Below are positions 29,577 to 38,720 of a stretch of DNA of 64,000 nt, in pieces (positions within the stretch are counted from its first letter, which is position 1; each line of letters opens with the position of its first letter). This DNA is from an uncultured delta proteobacterium. GTDB taxonomy: Bacteria > Myxococcota_A > Polyangia > Polyangiales > Polyangiaceae. Where the stretch lies: assembly GCA_963716725.1 (NCBI GenBank), contig CAVQUB010000015.1:128001-192000 (forward strand), given 5' to 3'. The notes under the pieces are model-generated. The model saw only the letters and a program-made list of their open reading frames with translations. It was not told the origin of the DNA and ran no database searches. A program made the position numbers and the translations under genes.

Positions 29577-30209
29577 ATGCCCTCCCATCCCGCCCGCATT
29601 TCCGCTTCCGCGGTCCTGGTCCTCGCCTTCGTCTCGTGCGGCGGCCAAGGCTTGCCAGACCCCAAGATCACGGCGGCCGAGTACGCTGCGCGGGTCGAGA
29701 AGGGGGACGCGGACGGGGTCTACGCCATGCTCTCGACCGACGCGCAGCGCACTCATGGCGAGCAGGGCGTGCGGCGCATGGTGAAAGAGTCCCGCGCCGA
29801 GCTCTCGCGAACGGCACGGGCGGTCGCGGCGGCCGGTGCCAAGATCGAGATGCAGGCCACGCTTCGCTACGCTGATGGAGAGCAGGCGAGCCTCGACGTC
29901 GAAGGGGGTTCCTTTCGGGTCGCGAGCGCCGGCGCGCTACCCCTCGGCGCTCGCACTCCCGCGCAGGCCCTCGCGGAGCTCCGCATGGCCCTGGCGCGGA
30001 GGAGTTATGCAGGCGTGGTTCGAGTCCTGTCTTCGGAGTCGCGGAGCGCCGTCGAGAACGACATGAAGTCGCTGGTGCAGGGGCTCGAGCAACCCGAGAC
30101 CCTGGAAGTGAAGGTGACCGGCGATCGCGCGCAGGTTCAGGTGCCCGGGGGGCATTCGGTCAAGCTCAAGCGCGAGGCCGGGTTCTGGCGAGTCGAGGAT
30201 TTCGATTGA
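29577..30209 (+). CDS. Hypothetical lipoprotein (two NTF2-like repeats possible)
   Basis: FVSC lipobox. Confidence 0.7.
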   Translation: MPSHPARISASAVLVLAFVSCGGQGLPDPKITAAEYAARVEKGDADGVYAMLSTDAQRTHGEQGVRRMVKESRAELSRTARAVAAAGAKIEMQATLRYADGEQASLDVEGGSFRVASAGALPLGARTPAQALAELRMALARRSYAGVVRVLSSESRSAVENDMKSLVQGLEQPETLEVKVTGDRAQVQVPGGHSVKLKREAGFWRVEDFD

Positions 30210-30225
30210 TCGAGGAGCAGGTTCG

Positions 30226-30990
30226 GTGAGGCTCTCGCGTCGGCACGCGCTGGCGGGGCTGGCGGCGCTGGCCAGCTTCAGGCCGGGCCGCGCCCGGGCG
30301 TTCGGGGACGCCGGTGCGTTTCATCCGCGGGTCGTCACCAGCGGAGGGGCCAAACTGGATGTCGAGCGCAGTTCGGCGCCGGCGCGCTGGAGCTACGAGC
30401 TGGTGCGGCGCACCAGCGCACCCGGGCGACTGGCCGCCAGCTCTGTCGCCTTCGATCAGCCCGCCTTCGCCGCCGAGCCCTTCGCGATCTGGGCGGGCGC
30501 GAGCGCGCTCGCTCCGCTCTCCGGTCCCGAACGTCGTGGACTGGAACGGTTCCTGAAGATGGGCGGCGTTCTGGTGGTCGACGACCTCGCCCCGGCCAGC
30601 GGCGCCTTTGGAGCCAGCGCCCGCCGCGAGCTCCGTCGAGTGTTGCCCGACGTCGCCCCGGTGAAGCTCGACTCGTCCCACGTGGTCTTCAAGAGCTACT
30701 ACATCGTCGATCGCCCGGTGGGTCGGGTGCAAGGCCCGCCCCACGTCGAGGCGCTCGTTCGCGGCAGGTACGCCCAAGTATTTCTGCTCAGTCACGATCT
30801 GCTGGGTGCTCTCGCCCGGTCGCGCGCCGGCGGGTTCGCCCTGGACGTCGAGCCGGGCGGCGTGGCGCAGCGCGAGCAAGCAGTGCGCCTGGCGGTGAAC
30901 ATCGCGATGTACGTCCTGTGTTCGGACTACAAAGACGATCAAGTCCACGCTCCCTGGCTGATGCGCCGTCGAGCGCGCCGCCGGCCATGA
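30226..30990 (+). CDS. DUF4159 family protein, Tat signal
   Basis: SRRHAL; GGVLVVDD; H.VFKSYY; NIAMYVL.DYK.DQVH. Confidence 0.85.
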   Translation: MRLSRRHALAGLAALASFRPGRARAFGDAGAFHPRVVTSGGAKLDVERSSAPARWSYELVRRTSAPGRLAASSVAFDQPAFAAEPFAIWAGASALAPLSGPERRGLERFLKMGGVLVVDDLAPASGAFGASARRELRRVLPDVAPVKLDSSHVVFKSYYIVDRPVGRVQGPPHVEALVRGRYAQVFLLSHDLLGALARSRAGGFALDVEPGGVAQREQAVRLAVNIAMYVLCSDYKDDQVHAPWLMRRRARRRP

Positions 30991-33188
30991 GCGCACGCTC
31001 GTGGGCGTTCAGCGACGACCTGTCGTCCGTCGTCAGCGTGCTGACGCTGGGATTTGCCACGCTCTCGGTCCTGCTCCTGCTGCTCGAGCTCCGTCGGCGC
31101 GAACGATTGGGAATCACGATTGCAGCGACGGGGCTCGTCGCGACCTTCGCGTTGGCTCTGGCGGTGCTGCGACCCGTGCGTGTGAGCGAGCGCGGCAGCC
31201 TGGTTGGGCCGCGGGTGATCGTGCTCGTCGATCAGTCGCGGCGCCTCGAATTGCCCGCCGAGGACGGCCGCTCACGTCGGGAGCGTGCCGAGGCCAGCGT
31301 TTCGGCGGTTCGGCGCCACTTCGGCGACGCGCGCCTCGCGACCTTCGGCTTCGGATCGGGTCGAGTGCAGCCGGTGGGCGAGTCGGGCTTTGGTGCGCGC
31401 CGAAGCGCCGAGAGCGATCTCGTGGCTGCCCTCGACGACCTCGCCGAGACACCCGGCGAGCGGCCGCGAGCCGTCGTCGTCATCAGCGATGGCCGCCTGA
31501 GCCGCCCCGGTCCGGGCGGCGACGACGACGCTCTTCGGCGAGCAGTCGGCGCGCTCGGAGTTCCGGTGCACAGCGTGCGACTCGCGGAGGCTGGGCCACG
31601 AGATGCGAGTATCCGCGCCGTGCGCGCCGCCGGCGCCGCGGTGGCCCATCAGCCGCTGAGCCTCACCATCGAGGTGGGGTGCTCTGGTGGGCTCGACTGT
31701 GGTGACATCCCCGTCGCGGTGCGGGAGCACCGGCAGGGCGTGGAGCCCGCGGTCCTGGCCAGCGGCACCGCCCGGGTCGAAGACGGAACGGCGACGCTCG
31801 AGCTCCGCGTCACCCTCGAGCGCGCCGGGGCTCGCGTCGTCGAAGTGAGCATCGATCCGCCCGACGGCGACCAAGTTCCGGAGAGCGACCGGCGGTTCAT
31901 CACCTTCAGCGTCGCGCGCGAGCGCGTGCGCCTCTTGCACGTCGCCGGACGGCCCACCTACGACGTTCGCACCCTGCGGCAGTGGCTCAAGAGTGACGAG
32001 TCCGTCGACCTCGTGGCGTTCTTCATCCTGCGCGGCATCACCGACGACACGATGACCGACGACGACTCCGAGCTTGCGCTGATCCCGTTTCCGGTCGAGG
32101 AGCTTTTTACCGAGCATTTGCCCAGCTTCGACGCCATCGTGCTGCAGGACATCGACGCGGTGGTCTACAAGCTCGATCGGCACTTGCCGGCGCTCGCGAA
32201 GTACGTCGAGGGTGGTGGCGGGCTGATCATGGTCGGTGGTCCGTCATCGTTTGCCGGCGGCAACTACGCCGGCACGGCGCTCGAGCGCGTGCTCCCGGTG
32301 GAGATCGACGAGAAGACCGATCCCTACGACTCTGCCGAGTTCGCACCCCGCTTCACGGAGGTCGGCCGATCGGCTCCGGTGCTGGCCGCGCTCTTCGATC
32401 TGCTCGGCGAAGACCTGCCGACGATGACCGGATCGAATACCCTCGGACAGCCCCGGGGTTCGTCCTTCGTCCTGATGGAGCACCCGCGCCGCAAGGTCGG
32501 CGCCGCAGCGATGCCGGTGCTCGCGCTCGGTGAGGCCGGCGACGGTCGAAGCATCGCGCTGGGCGTCGACGGCAGCTACCGCTTGGCGTGGAGCGAGCGC
32601 GCCGCGGGCGTGGCCGGACGAGCGTTTGGTGCGCTTTGGGACGGCCTGCTCGGCTGGCTCATGCGCGATCCTCGCTTCGAGGTGGCCCGTGCCGAGATCG
32701 TCGGTGAGTGTGTCAGCGACGAGGACACCACGCTGCGCTTGCACCGGCTGCCGGGGGCCACCGGCGAGGTGGAGGTTACGGTGGAGCGGTTGGGCAAGGC
32801 CGAGAAGAAAGCCGTGGAGAAGAAGCTGCCGAGCCCGCCCGCGGGTCCCGTCGACGTCCCGCTCGGCAAGCTCGAGCCCGGGGGCTATGTGGCGCGCGTG
32901 AAGGTCGGGCAGGCGCCGCCCGCGCGGCTTGATTTTGCCTGTGAGAAGGGTGGGGAGGCGTTCTCCGACGCGCGTCCGGACGGCGCTCGCCTCGAGCGGA
33001 TCAGCGCGGTCACCGGGGGCAAGTCGGTGAGAGCCGGCGGGGAGGGCGAGCTGCCCTCGCCGGCGTCCACCAGGATCGCGGCCGAGCGCCACGTGACCCC
33101 AATCTTGCCGCCCTGGGGATGGACGCTGATCGCCGCGGCGTTCTTGGGAGCGCACTGGCTCGTGCGGCGGCGAGGCGGCCTGACCTAG
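30987..33188 (+). CDS. Membrane protein with vWA-like and GATase1-like domains
   Basis: LVDQSRR, VVISDG, GGGLIMVGG..SF, C-terminal W..RRRGGL. Confidence 0.82.
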   Translation: MSARSWAFSDDLSSVVSVLTLGFATLSVLLLLLELRRRERLGITIAATGLVATFALALAVLRPVRVSERGSLVGPRVIVLVDQSRRLELPAEDGRSRRERAEASVSAVRRHFGDARLATFGFGSGRVQPVGESGFGARRSAESDLVAALDDLAETPGERPRAVVVISDGRLSRPGPGGDDDALRRAVGALGVPVHSVRLAEAGPRDASIRAVRAAGAAVAHQPLSLTIEVGCSGGLDCGDIPVAVREHRQGVEPAVLASGTARVEDGTATLELRVTLERAGARVVEVSIDPPDGDQVPESDRRFITFSVARERVRLLHVAGRPTYDVRTLRQWLKSDESVDLVAFFILRGITDDTMTDDDSELALIPFPVEELFTEHLPSFDAIVLQDIDAVVYKLDRHLPALAKYVEGGGGLIMVGGPSSFAGGNYAGTALERVLPVEIDEKTDPYDSAEFAPRFTEVGRSAPVLAALFDLLGEDLPTMTGSNTLGQPRGSSFVLMEHPRRKVGAAAMPVLALGEAGDGRSIALGVDGSYRLAWSERAAGVAGRAFGALWDGLLGWLMRDPRFEVARAEIVGECVSDEDTTLRLHRLPGATGEVEVTVERLGKAEKKAVEKKLPSPPAGPVDVPLGKLEPGGYVARVKVGQAPPARLDFACEKGGEAFSDARPDGARLERISAVTGGKSVRAGGEGELPSPASTRIAAERHVTPILPPWGWTLIAAAFLGAHWLVRRRGGLT

Positions 33189-33206
33189 GGCGCGCCGTCG
33201 GTAGAG

Positions 33207-34521
33207 TCAGTCGTAGTACTCGTGACCCAAGTGCGTGATTGCGCCCTCGCCGCGCATCCAGCGCAGGGTGTTCTTCAGCTTCATGAGTTGAATGAACAGG
33301 TCGTGCTCGGGGTCGAGCCCTGGCGCCGAGGTCGGGCTCTTCCAGTAGAAGCTCAGCCACTCCTGCACTCCGTGGAAGCCCGAGCGCTTCGCCAGGTCCA
33401 TGAAGAGCGCGAGGTCGAGCACGATGGGCGCTGCCAGGATCGAGTCGCGGCACAGGAAGTCCACCTTGATCTGCATCGGGTAGCCCAGCCAGCCGAAGAT
33501 ATCGAGGTTGTCCCAGCCCTCTTTCGAGTCGCCGCGGGGAGGGTAGTAGTTGATGCGCACGACGTGGTGAACCTCGCCGTACAGCTTCGGGTACACCTTC
33601 GGTTGCAGGATGGTGTCGAGCACGCCGAGCTTGCTGACCTCTTTGGTCTTGAAGTTCTCTGGGTCGTCGAGCACCTCGCCGTCCCGGTTGCCGAGGATGT
33701 TGGTGGAGAACCAGCCGTTCAAGCCCAGCATGCGAGCCTTGAGCCCCGGCGCCAGGATCGTCTTCATCAGGGTCTGCCCGGTCTTGAAGTCCTTGCCGGC
33801 GAGGGGAGTCTGGGTCTCGCGCGCCAGATCGAAGGCGGCCGGGAAGTCGACGGTCAGATTGGGGGCGCCGTTGGCGAAGGGAACGCCTTCTTTGAGGCAC
33901 GCCCAGGCGTAGATCTGCGAGTTGGAAATTGACGCGTCGTTGGCCAACAGGCCCTGCTCGAAGGCCGCGATCGACTGGTGCACCGCGGTCTGCTCGATAT
34001 AGATCTCGGTCGACCCGCACCACACCGTGACCACGCGACTACAGCCGCTGGTCTTGATGAACGCGCGGATGTCGTCCCGGATCTTCTCGACCATTTCCGC
34101 TTTGGTGGCGCCGGTCTTGATGTGGGTGCCGTGTAGCCGCTTGACGTACTCCGGGTAGAACACGCCCGGCATGGGCACGATCGCCTCGAGCTCGCCCCGG
34201 ATCGGATCGAGGTGCCTGCTCTCGAGCACCTTGGCGTGAGCGGCCGACTCGTAGGCGTTGTCCGGGAAGATGTCCCAGCCGCCGAAGACCAGATCGTCGA
34301 GCCCGGCCAGCGGCACGAAGTCCTTGATCGCCGGGGATCGATTGTCCGTGCGCTTGCCCAGCCGAATCGTGCCGAGCTGCGTGAGCGAGCCGACGGGATG
34401 CCCCGAGGCCCTTGCGCGCGAGCAGGCAGCCCGCGATGAACGTCGTCGCGACGGCGCCCAAACCCGGCAGGAGCACGCCGAGTTTTCCTTCGGCCTTCTC
34501 GATCTGTTGCGGCTGCTTCAT
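33207..34521 (-). CDS. ino1: myo-Inositol-1-phosphate synthase, frameshifted near 34403
   Basis: GLGAVATT, FGGWD, WCGSTE, NGAPN, GKDFKTGQT, NILGNRDG, RDSILAAP; break lies in a G run. Confidence 0.95.
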
Positions 34522-34571
34522 GGCGACGGTGACTAGCAAGGCGCGTGCCCGTATGCAATCGTCGCGCTCAC

Positions 34572-35291
34572 ATGAGCGAGACACGAACTGCCGTGTTGTT
34601 GGTCGCAGGCATCGGATCGCGGCTGCGTCCGCTCACCGACGACCGACCGAAGGCGCTGATGGACATCGGCGGCGAGACCATCCTGGGTCGGGCGCTGCGG
34701 ATCCTGGGACAGCACGGGGTCGAGCGGATCGTGCTCGCGACGGGCTACCGTGAAGACGCAGTGCGAGCCGCGCTGGCGGCGTGTGCCCTCGAGGTCGTCA
34801 TCTGTCGCAACGACCGCTTCGACTCGACGCAGAACGCCGTATCGCTCGCCCTCTGCGCCGACGCGCTCGCGGGTCGAGGGTTCTTCAAGCTCGACGGCGA
34901 TGTGGTGTTTTGCCCCGAAGTTTTGGCCCGACTCGACGCCTGCGCCGGGCCCCTCGCGGTCGCCGTGGACGGCACGCGGCGCACCGACGCCGAGGGCATG
35001 AAGTACCGGCTCGGCCAGGGCGACAGCATCGAGGCTTTCGGAAAGGCGCTGTCCCTCGACTGTGCCGCCGGCGAGACCATCGGGATCGAGCGCATCACGA
35101 GTGAGGTCGGTGCTTCGCTCTTCGAAGCGCTCTCGCGCCCAGAGCACGCGGGGCTCTACTACGAGGACGTCTACTCGCTGCTGATCGCGGCGGGGGAGCT
35201 GTCGGCTCGGGCGGTCGAGGTCGGGGACCTGCCCTGGACCGAGGTCGACGATCCCGCCGACCTCGCGCGGGCCCGCAGCCTGTTCGGCTGA
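34572..35291 (+). CDS. LicC/PntC-like cytidylyltransferase
   Basis: LLVAGIGSRL.PLT...PKAL, DGD, YYED, WTEVDD..DL. Confidence 0.88.
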   Translation: MSETRTAVLLVAGIGSRLRPLTDDRPKALMDIGGETILGRALRILGQHGVERIVLATGYREDAVRAALAACALEVVICRNDRFDSTQNAVSLALCADALAGRGFFKLDGDVVFCPEVLARLDACAGPLAVAVDGTRRTDAEGMKYRLGQGDSIEAFGKALSLDCAAGETIGIERITSEVGASLFEALSRPEHAGLYYEDVYSLLIAAGELSARAVEVGDLPWTEVDDPADLARARSLFG

Positions 35292-35480
35292 GTGACCTCG
35301 ACGAGGCCGGGGCGTGCCGCTTTCCGCGACCCAGGAGTCACGGGGTGTTGCTGGGATGCGGCAGGTGCCCGTGAGGCCCCGTTCACTGCGGTGGGCGGTT
35401 CGCGTGCGATCCTGGCGCATTCGCCCCTTGGGTCCGGCGCCACCCGCCCCCACTGCGTAGCGAATGACGCAGCGCGGGGC

Positions 35481-35496
35481 TGGCATCTCGATTGCT
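35481..35496 (+). promoter_or_regulatory. Putative sigma-54 promoter
   Basis: TGGCAT-CTCGA-TTGCT with exact -24/-12 spacing. Confidence 0.65.
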
Positions 35497-35740
35497 CAAG
35501 GAGGAAGCAGCCGAAGAGAGAAGCCCGAAACACCGCGGTCTCACCGCTTGGTCGCGCGGAACCGAGCTCGAAACCCTGGCGCTCGACGCCGAGTCGAGTG
35601 TTGCCAATCGGCCACAGTGTGCACGCCGTGCGACAGCTGACGATCGCGTAACGTCCCAGAACCGAAAAGGAATTGCCCGATTTGCGCACCGCGTGGTACT
35701 CCCCGCGCGCTTAGCCTCGAGTTGAAAGCGAGACCCCCTG

Positions 35741-37654
35741 ATGACTGACCGACGAGTGACCCGAGCCATCATCCTGGCAGCCGGTACCGGCACGCGCCTG
35801 GGTGAGGGCGGCGATCCGACGCCGAAGCCGCTGCGCGCGGTGGCTCAGGTCCCGCTGCTGGTGCGGGTGTTGCGTACGTTGGAGGCCGCGGGCATTCGCG
35901 AGGCCGTCGTCATCATCGGGCACCAGGGCGAGGCCGTGCGGACCGCGCTGGTCGCCGAGCCGAGCCTGGGCCTCGAGCTCAGCTTCGTGAACAACGAGCG
36001 CTACCTGGCGAAGAACGGCGTGTCCTTGCTCGCCGCGGCCGACTTCGTCGACCGCGAGTGCCTGCTGACGATGTCGGACCACTTGTACTCGCCCGAGCTC
36101 GTGCGCCGCCTGCTGGCCGTCGATGTTCCCCCGGGCGCCGGCGCCCTCGGCGTCGACTACGACATCGAGCGCTGCTTCGACATCGACGACGCAACCAAGG
36201 TCGGCGTCACCGCTGGCCGGATCTCGGACATTGGCAAGGAGCTCGAGCGCTACGACGCTCTCGACACCGGAGTCTTCCGGATCGGTCCTGCGCTGATCGA
36301 AGAACTCGCTCGGCTCGACGACCAACACGGCGACTGCTCGCTGTCCGACGGCGTGCGCGCGCTGGCCAATCGTGGCGAGTTCATGGCGGTGGACGTGGGC
36401 GACGTGCGCTGGATCGACGTCGACACCGCGGCGGCGCTCGAGCGAGCCGAGGCGATGCTGCGGGTGTTCGGCGACCACCTGGGCGACGAGCCCGGCGCGG
36501 GCGCTCCCGCGGTCATCGACGCTGACGGCATGGAGCTGTTCGCCCCGAGCTGGGTGCGGGCCGCCAAGCCGTACAACGAAGACCACTTCGCCGTCGCCGA
36601 GAAGACCGGCGTCGCGCGCATGATGAGCAATGAGAGCGCCCACGCTCCGAGCCAGCGCGTGGTCGACGCCATCGTGCACGCGGCCACGCGCGGGCACCTC
36701 TACCCGAGCGGCGGCCCGGATCTGCGGCGGAAGCTCGGAGCGCGGGAAAACCTCGGCGGCGACAACGTGCTCCTGGGCGCCGGTTCCACTGAGCTCATCG
36801 ACGTGATCATCCGGACCTTCGTCGCCGCGGGCGAAGAGGTCCTGCTCAGCGTGCCGACCTTCAGCATGTACGAAGCCCGCACCCGCGTCTGCGGCGGCAT
36901 CCCGGTCCTCGTGCCGATGAGCGAAGACCACGAGCACGACCTGATGGGCATGCTGCGTGTCGTCACCGAGCGCACGAAGGTCATCTTCTTGTGCACGCCC
37001 AACAACCCCACCGGCAACCGCATCGCCGAGGTTGATCTGCGCCGGCTCCTCCGCCTCGGTCTGCCCACCGTGATCGACGAGGCGTATTACGAGCTCGGGG
37101 AGGGCGGCTCGCTCTCGTACTTGATCCAAGAGTTCCCGAACGCGATCGTGCTCCGGACCTTCTCCAAGGCCTTTGGGCTGGCGGGCTTGCGGGTCGGCTA
37201 CGCCCTGGGTCACGGCAGCGTGATCAAGCTCCTGACCCGGGTGAAGGTGCCGTGGAACGTGCCGGCTGTGTCCATCGCGGCGGCCAGCGCGGCCTTGGAC
37301 GACATGGCCGACTTCGATGCCCGGGTCGCCGAACTCAAGACGGCGCGGGACGAGCTCGGTCGCGGGCTGTCACGCATGCCTGGAGTGGTGGCGATTCCGA
37401 GCGAAGGCAACTTCATCCTGGTCGATATCTCGCATACGCGCATGAGCGCCGATCGCATGGTGCAGGCGTTGCTCGCCGAGGGCGTGCTGATCCGCTCGTT
37501 GGGATCGCACCACGCCGAGAAGAGCTACGTGCGAGTGACGGTCGGCACCCGGGAGCAGAACGCGCGCTGCCTGGCGGCGTTCGAGCGAGTCCTGGGGCGT
37601 CGGCCGCAGCGAGATGTCGCGACACCGGTGTTCGTGGGTGGTGACGCGGAGTAG
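35741..37654 (+). CDS. Fusion: inositol-1-phosphate cytidylyltransferase-like domain + HisC/CobD-type PLP enzyme
   Basis: LAAG.GTRL, MSDHLY, DATKV, DTGVF, WIDVDT; then SNE, PNNPTG, DEAY, RTFSKAFGLAGLRVGY. Confidence 0.88.
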   Translation: MTDRRVTRAIILAAGTGTRLGEGGDPTPKPLRAVAQVPLLVRVLRTLEAAGIREAVVIIGHQGEAVRTALVAEPSLGLELSFVNNERYLAKNGVSLLAAADFVDRECLLTMSDHLYSPELVRRLLAVDVPPGAGALGVDYDIERCFDIDDATKVGVTAGRISDIGKELERYDALDTGVFRIGPALIEELARLDDQHGDCSLSDGVRALANRGEFMAVDVGDVRWIDVDTAAALERAEAMLRVFGDHLGDEPGAGAPAVIDADGMELFAPSWVRAAKPYNEDHFAVAEKTGVARMMSNESAHAPSQRVVDAIVHAATRGHLYPSGGPDLRRKLGARENLGGDNVLLGAGSTELIDVIIRTFVAAGEEVLLSVPTFSMYEARTRVCGGIPVLVPMSEDHEHDLMGMLRVVTERTKVIFLCTPNNPTGNRIAEVDLRRLLRLGLPTVIDEAYYELGEGGSLSYLIQEFPNAIVLRTFSKAFGLAGLRVGYALGHGSVIKLLTRVKVPWNVPAVSIAAASAALDDMADFDARVAELKTARDELGRGLSRMPGVVAIPSEGNFILVDISHTRMSADRMVQALLAEGVLIRSLGSHHAEKSYVRVTVGTREQNARCLAAFERVLGRRPQRDVATPVFVGGDAE

Positions 37655-37661
37655 ATGCGCC

Positions 37662-38687
37662 ATGACGATGGGTTCAGTCGAAATTGGTGAGGAGCACCCG
37701 CTGGCGGTCGGCGGCGTCGATTCGGTGGCCGAGGCCCCCTCCGAGGGGTTCTGGGCTGGATACTGGAAGACGCTCAAGCCGCTGGCCGTCGAGGAGCCCG
37801 TGGACGTCTGGATCCACCGGCCCGTGGCCTACGTGCTGGCAAAGGCGCTCTACCCGACGCCGGTCTCGCCCAACCTGGTGACGATGATCTCCATCGTCTT
37901 CGGGGTGCTGGGCGCGAGCTGCTTCTTGGCGGATTTCCGGCACCACATGCTGCTTGGTGGCCTCGCCATCTTCGTCTCGGCGATCTTCGACTGCGCCGAC
38001 GGACAACTCGCTCGCATGCGGGGCACCTCCAGCGCGTTCGGGCGCATGCTCGACGGAGTCGCCGACCTGGTGGTGAGCGTCGCCGCCGTGGGCGGCGGCA
38101 TCTACGTGATTGCGTCGAGGTTTCAAGGGTCCACGCCGGCGCTCGTCGCCGTCCTCGCCCTCTGTGTGGCGACGGCGGTGACCGGGTCCTTCCACACCGG
38201 CATGTACGATCAGTACAAGAACGTCTACCTGCGCTTCACCAACGCGGGGTTCAAAGAGGGTGAGGACTACGAGACCGCTCGCGAGCGCTACGAGTCGCGC
38301 AGCGGCGGTTCATTCCTGGTCAACGCGATCGCTTGGCCGATCTACTTGTTCTACGTGCGAAGCCAGACCAACTACGTGCACCGCTTCGACCCGCACACCA
38401 GCGCACGGTTCGCGTTGTTTGGCCCTTACGACCCACGGCACGCCGAGATCTACCAGCGCCACGCGGGAGGGCTCATGCGCCTGTGGCGGAGCTGGTTCGG
38501 ATTCGGCTCACTGGTCTTTGGCATCGCGCTGTTTTCGGCCATCGACCTGCTCGAGGTCTACATGGTCTTCCGCCTGGTGGCGCTGAACGCGGTCTTCTAC
38601 GGCTACATGCGCCCGCGCCAGCGCGCCGCCTCGCGGGCCGCGTTCGCGGAGATGGGCCTCTCGCTGCCCGATTGCGCAAAGGCCTGA
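37662..38687 (+). CDS. CDP-alcohol phosphatidyltransferase family protein
   Basis: SPNLVT; DCADGQLARMRGTSSAFGRMLDGVAD signature. Confidence 0.93.
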   Translation: MTMGSVEIGEEHPLAVGGVDSVAEAPSEGFWAGYWKTLKPLAVEEPVDVWIHRPVAYVLAKALYPTPVSPNLVTMISIVFGVLGASCFLADFRHHMLLGGLAIFVSAIFDCADGQLARMRGTSSAFGRMLDGVADLVVSVAAVGGGIYVIASRFQGSTPALVAVLALCVATAVTGSFHTGMYDQYKNVYLRFTNAGFKEGEDYETARERYESRSGGSFLVNAIAWPIYLFYVRSQTNYVHRFDPHTSARFALFGPYDPRHAEIYQRHAGGLMRLWRSWFGFGSLVFGIALFSAIDLLEVYMVFRLVALNAVFYGYMRPRQRAASRAAFAEMGLSLPDCAKA

Positions 38688-38720
38688 GCAAGCCCGCCAC
38701 TCTCGGGTAGACTGGCACGC

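Noticed and set aside
29577..33188. Novel system in the DUF4159/vWA-GATase genes
   Set aside because: Common gene pairing usually tied to MoxR-type operons; nothing unusual here
35292..35740. Cobalamin or other known riboswitch
   Set aside because: Could not find the conserved boxes on either strand by eye
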